This document shows positions 37,891 through 47,868 of a stretch of DNA of 64,000 bases, in pieces. Below the pieces are notes generated by a model. It did not search any database. It was given only the letters and a program-made list of their open reading frames with translations, and had not been told where the DNA came from. Numbering within the stretch: the stretch's first letter is position 1; each line of letters opens with the position of its first letter. The stretch is from Nibricoccus sp. (GTDB lineage: Bacteria; Verrucomicrobiota; Verrucomicrobiia; Opitutales; Opitutaceae), in assembly GCA_047602425.1 (NCBI GenBank), contig JASGHG010000001.1, forward strand, positions 992,001-1,056,000, read 5' to 3'. Made by a program: the position numbers and the translations under genes.

Positions 37891-38943
37891 ATGCCTGAAC
37901 CACGTGTCACGATGGGCAGTATTGCCGAACGCGCCGGTGTTTCGAAAAACACGGTCTCACTCGCGCTGCGCCATGATCCGCAGATCCCGTTGGACACTCG
38001 TAAACGGATCGAGCGCATCGCTAAGTCACTCGGTTACACGAAGAACCCCGTCGTTGCCCAACTCATGACGGAGTTGCGCAAGGCCCATCCCGCCGGTTAC
38101 CGCCGCACGCTCGCCCTGCTCAACGCGAATCAAGATCCCAAAGCTTTCAAAGATCATCCGACCGTCCCGGTCTACGTTGAAGGCTGTCGCCGCCGCGCCG
38201 CTTTTCACGGGTATAAGTTGGACGACTTTTGGCTGCACGACCCGAAACTCAATGGCGACCGCCTCGCCCGCGTGCTTCGCGCCCGGGGCATTCGTGGCGC
38301 GCTCATTGTCGGCTTGATGAAAGAAAACCGGCTGCCCGAACGCTTCGCTTCGCTTTGGTCGCAACAGGCCTGCGTGGTCACCGGTGTGCGCACGCACCAC
38401 CCGACCCTGCCGTTTTGCTGTGTCGACCACCATGCACTCGTGCTCGAAGCCGTCGAACAGGCCGTCGCCCTCGGCTACAAACGCCCCGCGCTCGTCGTCG
38501 ACGAACACATCGACCAACTCGTCGATGGACGCTTTAGCTCTGGTATGTGGATCGGCCAGCAGGCCCTGCCCCCCGAACAGCGCCTGCCCGGCTTCTATGC
38601 GGTCGAAACCTCGCGCCAGGACCAAACCGCCTTCGCCGCCTGGATGCGCGAGCACAAGCCCGATGTCATTTTCACGCTCTACAATTTCGTCCGCCACTGG
38701 GTGGAAGCGCTCGGCCTCCAAGTTCCGCGCGACGTGGGCATGATCCAGCTTGAGCTGCGCAAAGGCAATGAAGGCTGGGCCGGAATGGAACAGCACAACG
38801 ACCTCACCGGCGAAGCCGCGATCGACATGCTCGTCGGCATGCTGCACAATAATGAAATCGGCCCGCCCGCCTTCCCCCGCGCCACTCTGATCAGCGGCAG
38901 CTGGGTTCCTGGGAAAACCGTCAGAGCCAAAACGGATTCTTAA
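37891..38943 (+). CDS. LacI-family transcriptional regulator, probable arabinose regulator
   Basis: TMGSIAERAGVSKNTVSLALR helix-turn-helix; divergent from araB. Confidence 0.9.
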   Translation: MPEPRVTMGSIAERAGVSKNTVSLALRHDPQIPLDTRKRIERIAKSLGYTKNPVVAQLMTELRKAHPAGYRRTLALLNANQDPKAFKDHPTVPVYVEGCRRRAAFHGYKLDDFWLHDPKLNGDRLARVLRARGIRGALIVGLMKENRLPERFASLWSQQACVVTGVRTHHPTLPFCCVDHHALVLEAVEQAVALGYKRPALVVDEHIDQLVDGRFSSGMWIGQQALPPEQRLPGFYAVETSRQDQTAFAAWMREHKPDVIFTLYNFVRHWVEALGLQVPRDVGMIQLELRKGNEGWAGMEQHNDLTGEAAIDMLVGMLHNNEIGPPAFPRATLISGSWVPGKTVRAKTDS

Positions 38944-38950
38944 CCGCCCA

Positions 38951-40924
38951 TCATTTCAAAATGATCGAGCACCGGTCGGCCCGGGCGACGTCGTTCAGAA
39001 ACTGCCGGATTTTTGCATAGTCTTCGACCGGAAGGTCCATCCGGGAAAGCGTCAACCGCCGGTTTAAGACGACGGTGTCGTCCACCGCTTTCAAGGTCAG
39101 GCTGTAGCTTCCGAAGGCGCTTTCGATCGTCGCCTTTTCCGGAAGATCCTCAACCTTCAGCCCAGGAGGAATTTTCAGGTGGATTTCGTCATCCAGGGAC
39201 AGGGCGTAAAGCGTGATGGGCAGCTGTCGTTCCGCCTTCGAAAAAGAGGGCAGATTGTCGCGGGAAAATATCTCCATTTTGACCACCACCATGTTGCCCT
39301 GCAGGCGCTGCGCGAATCGTTTGTTTTCGCAGGACAGAATCTTGAGGAAACGGCCGCTGACGGCGTCGTCCTCGACATTTTGCGACAAAAGTTTTGCGCT
39401 GCGGAAACCATCGCTCAGCCCCATTCGAAAGAATTTTTCCCGACCGGCCGGGGTCGCGGCGTCTTCCCAACTGGCGCGGGCCACAGCGCCGTAATAGCCG
39501 TGACTTTCGATGCGGGCGTCGACCTTAACATTTCCATCCGCACCAAGCTCCATGGACGCTTTCCTGCAAATTCTGAAGCCTGCTTCAGGCGAAATTTCAG
39601 GCACACTGACCAGCGTTTCGACGGATTTGGAGTCGAGCGCGATTTTGGAGCCCTGCAAGTTTCTCGGAATATCGCCGAGCGTCGTATATTTGTCGGTTGG
39701 ATCAAAAATCAACAGCTTGCCCAAGGGCGCCACCTGCACGGTCGCTTGCGCAGGAGCGTCCGGCGGAGCCGCGATGCACAGGATCGCATGATTGAACTGC
39801 AGCGGCGTCGGAATTTCCTCGTGGACCTTGCGGTAGCCATGGGTTTGGGCGGAAGCCGTATAAGATTTGATGCCCGCGACCTGCAGCATAGACTTGAGCA
39901 AATTCGCCTTGTCTTTGCAGTCACCGTAGCCACGAGACAGAACCAAAGAGGCCTTGCGCGCAACATAACCCGCGCCTTTGCCCAAATCCTGGTTGCTCGC
40001 GACATAACGGAGTGATTGCACGAAGCGGCTGAGAACCCGTATCCTGGCCAGGTCATCGGGACAACCAGCGGTGAGTTCTAAAACTTTGGCGGTAATAGCC
40101 GGATTGGTGTCACAGGACTCGACATTTAGTTTTTCAACCCATTCCGCCACGTCCGCCCAGGATTTGAACGATTTGGCAGTGAAATTTGGCGCCAGCGCCG
40201 GTGGCACGATCTGGACATAAAGGTCGGCGTCAATCAGCGCCGTTTCCGAGGCAAAGGGTTCGTCGGGTCGATACTTTGTGGGTCCAAGGGTCCAAGTCCG
40301 GGTTCTGCCATCGGCCGAAATAGTGCTCTCCGGAAGATTTTTGCCCAGAAGGCGCGGCTCCATTGAGAATCCCGCCGGAACCGTGACGCTTACGCGGGTC
40401 GTCTGCGTCGGCAAATCGGACATGAATCGCCAGGCCTGCAACGCGATTAGCAAGGAACGACGAACGCAAATTTCGTAAGCGCATAAATCGCCGGCTACCG
40501 CCGCATCCACCACGCTTATTTGCCTCTTCCGGGTCTCCTCCACCGTGGTGCTTCCCGTGCCGGTAGAGACGTCGACCCAGTCGCGCTTGGTTTTTTCCTT
40601 AATGGATGAACCATTTCTTATGAGCCAAATTTTGGCGTCGATGACTTTGTCGGTTTTTTCGTTGTAGAAGACCGAGGCTTCGGCCCAGCGTGCTCCGGCG
40701 TTTTTCAGCAGACGAATGACCACCCGATGGGTTTCGGTCGTTGCCCCGTCGGAGGACACATTCACGGAGGTATCGTCCGACAAGACCACGGCGGGCGGGT
40801 CCAATTCGAAATTTTGAGCGGGGATTTTGGCCACGGATTTTATCCAATCGGGAAGCTCCGCGCGAAGATTCGGAGCCGCGACCAAAAGCATCGTCGCCCA
40901 CAACAATCGTGAAAATTTTTCCAT
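38951..40924 (-). CDS. DUF3857 + transglutaminase-like protein with intact Cys-His-Asp triad
   Basis: YGDCKDKANL, FNHAI and FDPT motifs; signal peptide. Confidence 0.88.
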   Translation of the reverse strand: MEKFSRLLWATMLLVAAPNLRAELPDWIKSVAKIPAQNFELDPPAVVLSDDTSVNVSSDGATTETHRVVIRLLKNAGARWAEASVFYNEKTDKVIDAKIWLIRNGSSIKEKTKRDWVDVSTGTGSTTVEETRKRQISVVDAAVAGDLCAYEICVRRSLLIALQAWRFMSDLPTQTTRVSVTVPAGFSMEPRLLGKNLPESTISADGRTRTWTLGPTKYRPDEPFASETALIDADLYVQIVPPALAPNFTAKSFKSWADVAEWVEKLNVESCDTNPAITAKVLELTAGCPDDLARIRVLSRFVQSLRYVASNQDLGKGAGYVARKASLVLSRGYGDCKDKANLLKSMLQVAGIKSYTASAQTHGYRKVHEEIPTPLQFNHAILCIAAPPDAPAQATVQVAPLGKLLIFDPTDKYTTLGDIPRNLQGSKIALDSKSVETLVSVPEISPEAGFRICRKASMELGADGNVKVDARIESHGYYGAVARASWEDAATPAGREKFFRMGLSDGFRSAKLLSQNVEDDAVSGRFLKILSCENKRFAQRLQGNMVVVKMEIFSRDNLPSFSKAERQLPITLYALSLDDEIHLKIPPGLKVEDLPEKATIESAFGSYSLTLKAVDDTVVLNRRLTLSRMDLPVEDYAKIRQFLNDVARADRCSIILK

Positions 40925-40934
40925 GGACGAAGAT

Positions 40935-42992
40935 TTATTTGGACGGCGCGGGCGCCTCGGCCGCAGGCGCCGGCGTTGCGGGCTGTTTCGCTTTGGGTTT
41001 TAGGACCAGACTGTGTTCGTCCGAGCGATTTACCCGCTCAAAAATACCTTTTAGAACCGGATAGCTCGCCGCCTGAAACGCCACGCATCCCTCGGCTCCC
41101 AACACGAAATTTCGCTCGTAGACCAGGGTTCGGGACTTTCCTTTGTAGCCGATCTTGTAATCAGCCTTAACGACGGCGGCATTTTGATCGACGTTCGACG
41201 GGGCGGACGGCGCGTCCAGCGCGTAACCTTCGGGCAAGATTATGTCGATTTTGTCATGTTCGGTTCGCGCGTAATCGAAAAAGATTGGAAGCTTCCGAAT
41301 TTCCGCGGTGAAGAGCGCCGGTTTGCCGTGTTCGAAATAGTTCGGCGGCAGCACAATTCTCGTGCCCGCGACTTCGGCGTAGCCGGGCACTTTGACTTTA
41401 TAGCGAAGGGTAAGCGGCATCACGATGGTGCGGGCGTTCTCCACAACGATGTCGGTGATCTCCGCGGCGGGCAGCCGGTCGGTGAGGCTGGAGCGGATGT
41501 CGGTCTCGATTTCAGCCGTGGTTTTGGTGTTCCAAGCGGACTTTTTGGACGCAGCGGCGTGTCCCTCCATCCGAATTTCGACATTCCCTTCCAGTGTGCC
41601 TTCGGCATCGAGCGTGAAATGCCCTTCGCGGATGGAAGGCGATTTGGCCGCAGGCGACACGGGGTTATCCACGTAAACGACTTTGTCTTCGTCACAATAT
41701 AGACCGGCGGCCATCTCGTTTTTGAACGGAATCATGCCGGCCGGCATGAAATAATTTCCCGGGGCGTAAAGTTTCCATTCGTTGCCCATTTTCACCGCAA
41801 CCAACATGTCATCGATAAAGATCCATCCGTGCATGTTGCGGATATCCAAAACCGTGTCCCGACTCGAGCAACGCACGAGTTTCACTTCGAAGCCGGCTCC
41901 CCGTGCCAGCATGGCAAACAGTTCGTTAACGTGGTTCGACGAACCCGTTTTTAGAGCCAAGGTGTCATCGGCGTATTGCTTCCAATCGTTCTTCTCCAGT
42001 TTTTCCTTGGCGGCCTGGAGCTTCGGCGAATCGAAATAGTCGAAATTGTCTATGTTCTGGCGGCAATAGTCGTAAAGCAGTCGGAGTTTCTCTTCGTCAG
42101 AGGCGGCCCCCTGCACAAGGCTCGTCGCCAGGTTGCGCATTTTCACTCCTGGCTTCGTGCGAAGTTTAAATTCCTCCGCCAGATAACTGCTGATTTCGGA
42201 CCAGAGTTTTTCCGGTTTATTGAAATACCGCAAATACGGGTGCGTGAACAATATCATGTACCATCCGCGCACGTCCTTCATCGGCGGCATCAGCGGCTCG
42301 CTTTCGAACGCAGGGAGATCCCGCATCTCCAGCGTATCGCCATTCTTCAACTCAGCCTTGACCATGTTGAACCAAAAGAAATGAAAGTCTCGCGTGCTGT
42401 TTGCCACCTTGAAGGTAGCCGCCCGGACCGGGACATTCTCCTGACCGTACCAAATGAAGTAGGAATTATACTGGTCGTCCGTCGCCTGCGACCATTGAAA
42501 CTCCAGGATATCGCCTGGCGCCAGGTTCGGCAGGGCAAGGCTCTTCCGTTTGAATTTTTGATAACCGATTTTTTCCACTACAGTTTCGCTAAAGCTGTCC
42601 TTGTCGAAATCAGTCGTCGTGCCATCGGTCTTGGTGAGGCGGGCGGCAAGATTCCAGAGGTTGCGCCGGGAAGAATAATCGATGTGCAGGATGCCGGTTT
42701 CCTCGCTCCCCTTCGGGCTGTAGATTTTAATACGGCGATAAGTTTCGATGTAGTTTTCGTTGGTGTCGTAGTCGAGAACGCGATTGGACAAAAGGATCTC
42801 CGCGCTCGCACCGGGCGAGGACTTGCACTCGGTCATCGCAAGATCGTCCTTCGGAATGAGAAGCCATTTGGGTTTTGCCATCGCCGAGGGGGCGGCGGAA
42901 AAACCCAGGATGAGAGCAAGGATGCAAGTTGTGACGGTGGCAACGCGAGGAACCGTTGCGCGCACACGGGAGTGAAAACACCGGATAAACAT
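40935..42992 (-). CDS. DUF3857 + transglutaminase-like protein lacking the catalytic Cys
   Basis: YRRIKIY and LPNLAPGDILE; TGSSNHVNELF occupies the GDCKD position. Confidence 0.8.
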   Translation of the reverse strand: MFIRCFHSRVRATVPRVATVTTCILALILGFSAAPSAMAKPKWLLIPKDDLAMTECKSSPGASAEILLSNRVLDYDTNENYIETYRRIKIYSPKGSEETGILHIDYSSRRNLWNLAARLTKTDGTTTDFDKDSFSETVVEKIGYQKFKRKSLALPNLAPGDILEFQWSQATDDQYNSYFIWYGQENVPVRAATFKVANSTRDFHFFWFNMVKAELKNGDTLEMRDLPAFESEPLMPPMKDVRGWYMILFTHPYLRYFNKPEKLWSEISSYLAEEFKLRTKPGVKMRNLATSLVQGAASDEEKLRLLYDYCRQNIDNFDYFDSPKLQAAKEKLEKNDWKQYADDTLALKTGSSNHVNELFAMLARGAGFEVKLVRCSSRDTVLDIRNMHGWIFIDDMLVAVKMGNEWKLYAPGNYFMPAGMIPFKNEMAAGLYCDEDKVVYVDNPVSPAAKSPSIREGHFTLDAEGTLEGNVEIRMEGHAAASKKSAWNTKTTAEIETDIRSSLTDRLPAAEITDIVVENARTIVMPLTLRYKVKVPGYAEVAGTRIVLPPNYFEHGKPALFTAEIRKLPIFFDYARTEHDKIDIILPEGYALDAPSAPSNVDQNAAVVKADYKIGYKGKSRTLVYERNFVLGAEGCVAFQAASYPVLKGIFERVNRSDEHSLVLKPKAKQPATPAPAAEAPAPSK

Positions 42993-43193
42993 GGCAGGAG
43001 AGGTTGTGATTGGGGGAAGCCTGGACGCAAAAATCGGACCGTTGCCGCCGATCCCGACAACAATGGTTTGTCTCAAAACCAAGGGATAGGCGCAAGATCT
43101 TAGTGCTTTCGCGCGGATGGAGATTCTTTGCCGCTTCTTTAAGAATCAGCTGTAACCATTAGACAGCGCTTCGGGTATTGGTACTTTAATACC

Positions 43194-44111
43194 ATGCTAT
43201 CCCTTCGCTCCGTCACCAAACGTTACGGCAACCTCACGGCGCTCGACGGAGTTTCACTCGACATCGCGTCTGGCGAATTATTCGGCCTCCTCGGCCCCAA
43301 TGGCGCGGGAAAATCCACCCTAATGTCGCTCGCGGCCGGCTTGCGCACCCCGGATATCGGCGAAGTCTCGCTCGACGGCATACCGCTCGCCAAATCCGAC
43401 CTCGCTGCGCGGTCGGCGCTCGGGCTCGTGCCACAAACCATCGCGCTCTACACCGATCTGACTGCCGAACAAAACCTGCGCATCTTTGGCCAGCTCTACG
43501 GTCTCCGCGGACGCGATTTGCAAACTCGCATCGACGAAGCGCTCGAATCCGTCCAACTCGCCGACCGGCGGCATTCGGCGGTGAAAACCTTTTCCGGAGG
43601 CATGCAACGACGCCTTAACATCGTCGCATCGATCCTTCACCAGCCCAAGATCCTTCTCTGTGACGAACCCACCGTCGGTATCGATCCACAATCGCGCAAC
43701 GCCATCTTCGACTACCTTGAGAAACTAAATCGCGAGGGGTTAACCATCATCTATTCCACTCACTACATGGAGGAGGCCGAACGGCTCTGCTCGCGCATCG
43801 GCATCATCGACCACGGCAAGATCCTCGCGCTCGGCACCCTCGACGAACTTCTCACCCGGCTGCCTTTCGAAGACGAAATTGTTTTTCCCGAAACCTCCGC
43901 CACTGCGCCTTTCGCCGCCCGGCTCACCGCCCACGGACAACTTGACACCGCCGATGGTAAGCATCGCTTCCGCCCCCGGCCCGGCCATCCACTCTCGGCG
44001 TTCTTCGCCGATGCCGAGCAAGCCGCTATCGCCACACGCATGTTCGAAATTCGCCGCCCCACCCTCGAAGCCGTCTTCCTCCACCTCACTGGCCGCAAAC
44101 TCCGCGACTGA
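43194..44111 (+). CDS. ABC-2 exporter ATP-binding protein
   Basis: GPNGAGKS, FSGGMQRR, LCDEPT and STHYMEE. Confidence 0.95.
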   Translation: MLSLRSVTKRYGNLTALDGVSLDIASGELFGLLGPNGAGKSTLMSLAAGLRTPDIGEVSLDGIPLAKSDLAARSALGLVPQTIALYTDLTAEQNLRIFGQLYGLRGRDLQTRIDEALESVQLADRRHSAVKTFSGGMQRRLNIVASILHQPKILLCDEPTVGIDPQSRNAIFDYLEKLNREGLTIIYSTHYMEEAERLCSRIGIIDHGKILALGTLDELLTRLPFEDEIVFPETSATAPFAARLTAHGQLDTADGKHRFRPRPGHPLSAFFADAEQAAIATRMFEIRRPTLEAVFLHLTGRKLRD

Positions 44112-44120
44112 TCATATTCC

Positions 44121-45494
44121 ATGCACCCGATTTTCGTCCTCTTTGGGAAAAGTCTCCGGCTTTTCATGCGCAACAAAGCCGCGGTCCTCATCACCTTTCT
44201 CGTGCCGGTCGTACTGATCGCGTTGTTCGGCTTTGTCTTCGGTCTCTACAAAAACATCGAGGCCGGCCCAAGCGGCATCAAGCTCGCGGTCGTCAATCTC
44301 AGTCCCGAACCAGCCGCCATCGAGCTGATCGATGCGCTCAAGCTCGAAAAAACCTTCCGGATCGTCACCGAAACAAAAAATGCCGACGGCTCCAAGCGCC
44401 CGCTTACCGAAGCCGACGCCCGCGCCGAGATGCATGACAATAAATACCGTTTCGCGCTCATCATACCCGCCGACATGATTCCCGAGAATGGCTTCGGCAT
44501 TCACCTGAAATTTCTCTCCGATCCGCGCAACGAAATCGAGACCCAAACCGTCAACGGCATGCTGCAAAAAACGATTTTCTCGCGCGTGCCCCAACTGCTC
44601 GGCCAATCGTTGCAGAATCAATCCAAAAAATTTCTCGGCAGCGAAAAGTTCGAATCCTTCAACCACACCGTCGCCAACACCGTCGCAGCGACCTACGGCG
44701 GCGATGCCAATGAAATCTACCAGCGCATGATCGCCGGCGATTTCGGCGTCGGCAAACTCCTCCAATCGCCCACCGACAAATCGACGCCCGCGACGGCGGC
44801 GGAAAAGCCATCTTCCGCCGGCCCCGCGGACATCTTTTCGAAAATTGCCCGCATCGAAACCGAACAGGTCACCGGAAAAAAGGTGGCAAATCCCGCCGCG
44901 TCGCGTCTGGTCGGTGGCTACGCCATCATGTTTTTGCTCTTCGCCCTGACGGGTTCCGCCACCTCGCTCTTCGAGGAGAAACGCTCGGGCATCTTCCAAC
45001 GGATTCTCTCCGCTCCCGTTCACTTGTCACATATCCTTTGGTCTCGGTTTCTTTTCGGCATCGCCCTAGGCACGGTGCAACTGATTTTCCTGTTTCTAGC
45101 CGGTAAGTTTTTGTTCGGCATGGAGCTTTTCTCGCATATGCCAGCCTTGCTGCCGTTGATTCTGGCCGCCGCCGCGGCCTGCACTTCCTTTGGCATGCTG
45201 CTCGCCGCGATTTCCTCGACGCAGGAAATGGCCATGGGGCTCGCCAATCTCGTCGTGCTTGTGATGTGCGCTGTCGGTGGCGCCTGGTTTCCGGTGAGCA
45301 TGATGCCCGCGTTCATCCAAAATTTCAGCAAACTCACGATCGTTTATTGGTCGGTCGAGGGTTTCGCCGCGGTGCTTTGGGCGGGCCAATCTCTCGTGGA
45401 AATTTTGCCGATTCTCGGCATCCTTCTCGGCACCGCGGTTGTCATCATGACCTTGGCCACCTGGTGCTTCAAGCGGAGCTCGATGTTCGATTAA
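44121..45494 (+). CDS. ABC-2 exporter permease with a large extracytoplasmic loop
   Basis: N-terminal TM, EEKRSGIFQRILSAP, GGAWFP and a C-terminal TM bundle. Confidence 0.9.
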   Translation: MHPIFVLFGKSLRLFMRNKAAVLITFLVPVVLIALFGFVFGLYKNIEAGPSGIKLAVVNLSPEPAAIELIDALKLEKTFRIVTETKNADGSKRPLTEADARAEMHDNKYRFALIIPADMIPENGFGIHLKFLSDPRNEIETQTVNGMLQKTIFSRVPQLLGQSLQNQSKKFLGSEKFESFNHTVANTVAATYGGDANEIYQRMIAGDFGVGKLLQSPTDKSTPATAAEKPSSAGPADIFSKIARIETEQVTGKKVANPAASRLVGGYAIMFLLFALTGSATSLFEEKRSGIFQRILSAPVHLSHILWSRFLFGIALGTVQLIFLFLAGKFLFGMELFSHMPALLPLILAAAAACTSFGMLLAAISSTQEMAMGLANLVVLVMCAVGGAWFPVSMMPAFIQNFSKLTIVYWSVEGFAAVLWAGQSLVEILPILGILLGTAVVIMTLATWCFKRSSMFD

Positions 45495-45547
45495 TTGGTT
45501 TGGCCGTCGCGCAAACCGCGCCGCCCCATGCCGTCTCCGGACGGCCA

Positions 45548-45575
45548 GTAACATTTCCGCCCGTCCCTGCGTATG
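45548..45575 (+). promoter_or_regulatory. ECF promoter GTAACATTT-N13-CGTATG (copy 1)
   Basis: Same boxes and spacing at 46472-46499. Confidence 0.72.
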
Positions 45576-45599
45576 AGCCGGTGTAACTCCGAATACACC

Positions 45600-46301
45600 A
45601 TGAAAACACCGGTCTCCTCCACTCTCGCCGCCGCCTTTGTCGCCGCGGCTTTTCTCCTCTCGGCCAACTCCTCTTTCGCCGACGCCCGTATCAAGAAAAC
45701 CCATACGCGCACCCGCTCCGGCACCTATCAGGGGAGCAACGGCCACTCCGGCACCTTCAGCAAATCCACCACGCGCGAAAAGGGCAGAACCGAACGCAGC
45801 GCCACCGCCACCAACCAAGATGGCAAGACCGCCACGCATGAAGCCACCCGCACGTGGGACAAGGAAACCGGCACTGGCACAGTCAGCAGCTCGACCACGG
45901 GTTTCAACGGCAAGACTTCCTCCCGCGAGGGCACGGTCACGAAAACTGGCGAGGGCACCATTCAGTCGCAGGGCACTGTTACCGGCCCCAATGGCAAAAC
46001 CAGTACCTACGATCTTACCACCACCAAGACCGATGATGGCCGCTCCACCGCCGGCACCGTCACCGGGCCAAATGGCAGACAGACCGTCGTCACCTCCATA
46101 ACCGAGCGCTCCGCCGGCGAAAAGGAACGCACCACCACCCTCACTGGCCCGAATGGCAAAACCCTCGAACGCGAAATCGCCACGACGCGTAACGGCGATG
46201 GCACTGGCACCCGCACCGTCGAAGTCACGAAACCCGATGGCACCACCGAGACCCGCACGCAGACTTTCACGCTCGATCCCAAACCCACCCCGGCACCGTA
46301 A
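45600..46301 (+). CDS. Secreted Thr/Gly-rich repeat protein (TxTGPNG repeats)
   Basis: Signal peptide ending SFA; turn repeats YQGSNGH, TNQDGK, TTGFNGK, TVTGPNGK, TVTGPNGR, TLTGPNGK and TKPDG. Confidence 0.8.
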   Translation: MKTPVSSTLAAAFVAAAFLLSANSSFADARIKKTHTRTRSGTYQGSNGHSGTFSKSTTREKGRTERSATATNQDGKTATHEATRTWDKETGTGTVSSSTTGFNGKTSSREGTVTKTGEGTIQSQGTVTGPNGKTSTYDLTTTKTDDGRSTAGTVTGPNGRQTVVTSITERSAGEKERTTTLTGPNGKTLEREIATTRNGDGTGTRTVEVTKPDGTTETRTQTFTLDPKPTPAP

Positions 46302-46332
46302 TTTCTGTTAGCATAGCAATTGGGTAACTTGC

Positions 46333-46375
46333 CCGGCGTCCGCGATCCCCGCCCGGACGCCGGTTCTATTTTTTT
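46333..46375 (+). terminator. Intrinsic terminator
   Basis: CCGGCGTCCG...CGGACGCCGG followed by TTCTATTTTTTT. Confidence 0.7.
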
Positions 46376-46378
46376 CTT

Positions 46379-46450
46379 GTAGGGCTCGACTTTGCTCGAC
46401 GCCCCTCCGCCCCTTCCGAAATTAGCGTTAATTAGCGTCCATTAGCGGTT
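46379..46450. repeat. GTAG REP-like half plus ATTAGCG x3 half-element
   Basis: gtagggctcgactttgctcgacgccc; attagcgttaattagcgtccattagcggtt. Confidence 0.6.
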
Positions 46451-46471
46451 CAAAAACTCCGTTATCCGCCC

Positions 46472-46499
46472 GTAACATTTTCCCTCCGCGCTTCGTATG
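46472..46499 (+). promoter_or_regulatory. ECF promoter GTAACATTT-N13-CGTATG (spy-sigma operon)
   Basis: Ends 10 nt before the ATG at 46510. Confidence 0.72.
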
Positions 46500-46509
46500 T
46501 GAGTTCACC

Positions 46510-46944
46510 ATGAAAAAATCCATCTTCGCTCTCCTCGCCCTCTTCATCATCGCCCTCGCCGGTACCGCCGCCATCGCCGCCCGCCCCGACTCCGACAGCC
46601 CCGGCTCCCACCACCGCCAAAAAGCCTTCAGGCCCGGCCAGATCAAACACGCGCTCAATCTCTCCGACGATCAGGTCGCCAAAATCAAAACCGAGTTCTC
46701 CGCCCAAAAAGACGCCATGAAGGCGCAGGCGCTCAAAGTCCGCAGCGCTCGCGCCAATCTCCGCACCGCTATCCAGTCCGGCGCGCCCGAAAACGACATC
46801 CGCGCCGCCGCCGCTTCCGTGGGTGCCGCCGAAGGCGATCTCGCCATGGTTCGCGCGAACCTCGTCGCTCACATCAAACCCATCCTCACGCCCGAACAGT
46901 TTGAAAAGCTCCAGGCCCTCCAAGCCAAACGCGCCCGTCTCTGA
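46510..46944 (+). CDS. Spy/CpxP-family periplasmic protein
   Basis: Signal peptide; LNLSDDQ and ILTPEQ (LTxxQ) motifs. Confidence 0.85.
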   Translation: MKKSIFALLALFIIALAGTAAIAARPDSDSPGSHHRQKAFRPGQIKHALNLSDDQVAKIKTEFSAQKDAMKAQALKVRSARANLRTAIQSGAPENDIRAAAASVGAAEGDLAMVRANLVAHIKPILTPEQFEKLQALQAKRARL

Positions 46945-47004
46945 GTTGACCCATCCTCTCCACTTCGGTTGCAATTGCCTCCTCCCCCAACAATTTCCTC
47001 CCCT

Positions 47005-47574
47005 GTGGTGAACGATGCAGACCTCGTGGCTCGCGTAAAGGCCGGCTCAACCGACGCCTTTGCCGAACTTATCCGAAACAACCAACAACAAGTTTTCAAC
47101 ATCCTCCGCCACTATGAACGCGACCTGCATCTCGTCGAGGATCTCGCCCAGGAAACCTTCACCAAGGCCTGGCGCGCGCTCGACCAGTTCGACAGTCGCG
47201 CTCCTTTTCAACACTGGCTTTCCCGCATCGCCGTCCATGTCGCGCTCGACCACGTCCGTCGCCGCAAACGCCTCTCCGGCACCGTCGCCCTTCCCGAAAT
47301 CGGCGAGGACTGCGTTTCCTGGCTGCGCGACGAGCTTCCGCCGCGCGAACTCCAGGCCCGCCAGGCCCGCGAAATCCTGGATCTCGCCATGCAATCCCTC
47401 TCGCCTGCCGAACAACTCGTAATCACCATGCTCGAAATCGAAAACCGCAGCGTTAAGGAAATCTGCTCGCTCACCGGCGATTCCAGTGTCGCCGTCCGCG
47501 TGCGCGCCCTGCGGGCCCGGGCCAAACTGCGCAAAGCCATCGAAAAACTTCAGGAGAACGAAAATGAAAGATAA
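47005..47574 (+). CDS. ECF sigma factor
   Basis: DADLVARVKAG, EDLAQETFTKAW, FQHWLSRIA and VRVRALRARAKL. Confidence 0.9.
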   Translation: MVNDADLVARVKAGSTDAFAELIRNNQQQVFNILRHYERDLHLVEDLAQETFTKAWRALDQFDSRAPFQHWLSRIAVHVALDHVRRRKRLSGTVALPEIGEDCVSWLRDELPPRELQARQAREILDLAMQSLSPAEQLVITMLEIENRSVKEICSLTGDSSVAVRVRALRARAKLRKAIEKLQENENER

Positions 47575-47857
47575 GAAACTCAACGAAATCTTTGCCGCCG
47601 CCCGCCGCGAAACCCCGCCGCCCGTGCCTGCCGGCTTCGCCGAACGCGTCCTGAACTGCCTCCCCGCCGACGTCCGTTCGCAGCCGGTCGTCATCAGCTT
47701 CTTCGACCAGCTCAACCGCCATTTCACCCGCTACGCCGTCTCCGCCGCCGCCGCCATCGCCCTCTGCGCCGCCGTCGAGATCAGCCAGTCTTTCGCCCAG
47801 GACTCCAATATCGACGACGACGTGGAGCAAATCTGCTCCGATTGGATGCTGCGCTGA
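47564..47857 (+). CDS. Putative single-TM anti-sigma factor
   Basis: Overlaps the sigma stop; VPAGFAERVL motif followed by one hydrophobic helix. Confidence 0.7.
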   Translation: MKDKKLNEIFAAARRETPPPVPAGFAERVLNCLPADVRSQPVVISFFDQLNRHFTRYAVSAAAAIALCAAVEISQSFAQDSNIDDDVEQICSDWMLR

Positions 47858-47868
47858 TCCGCCCAACC

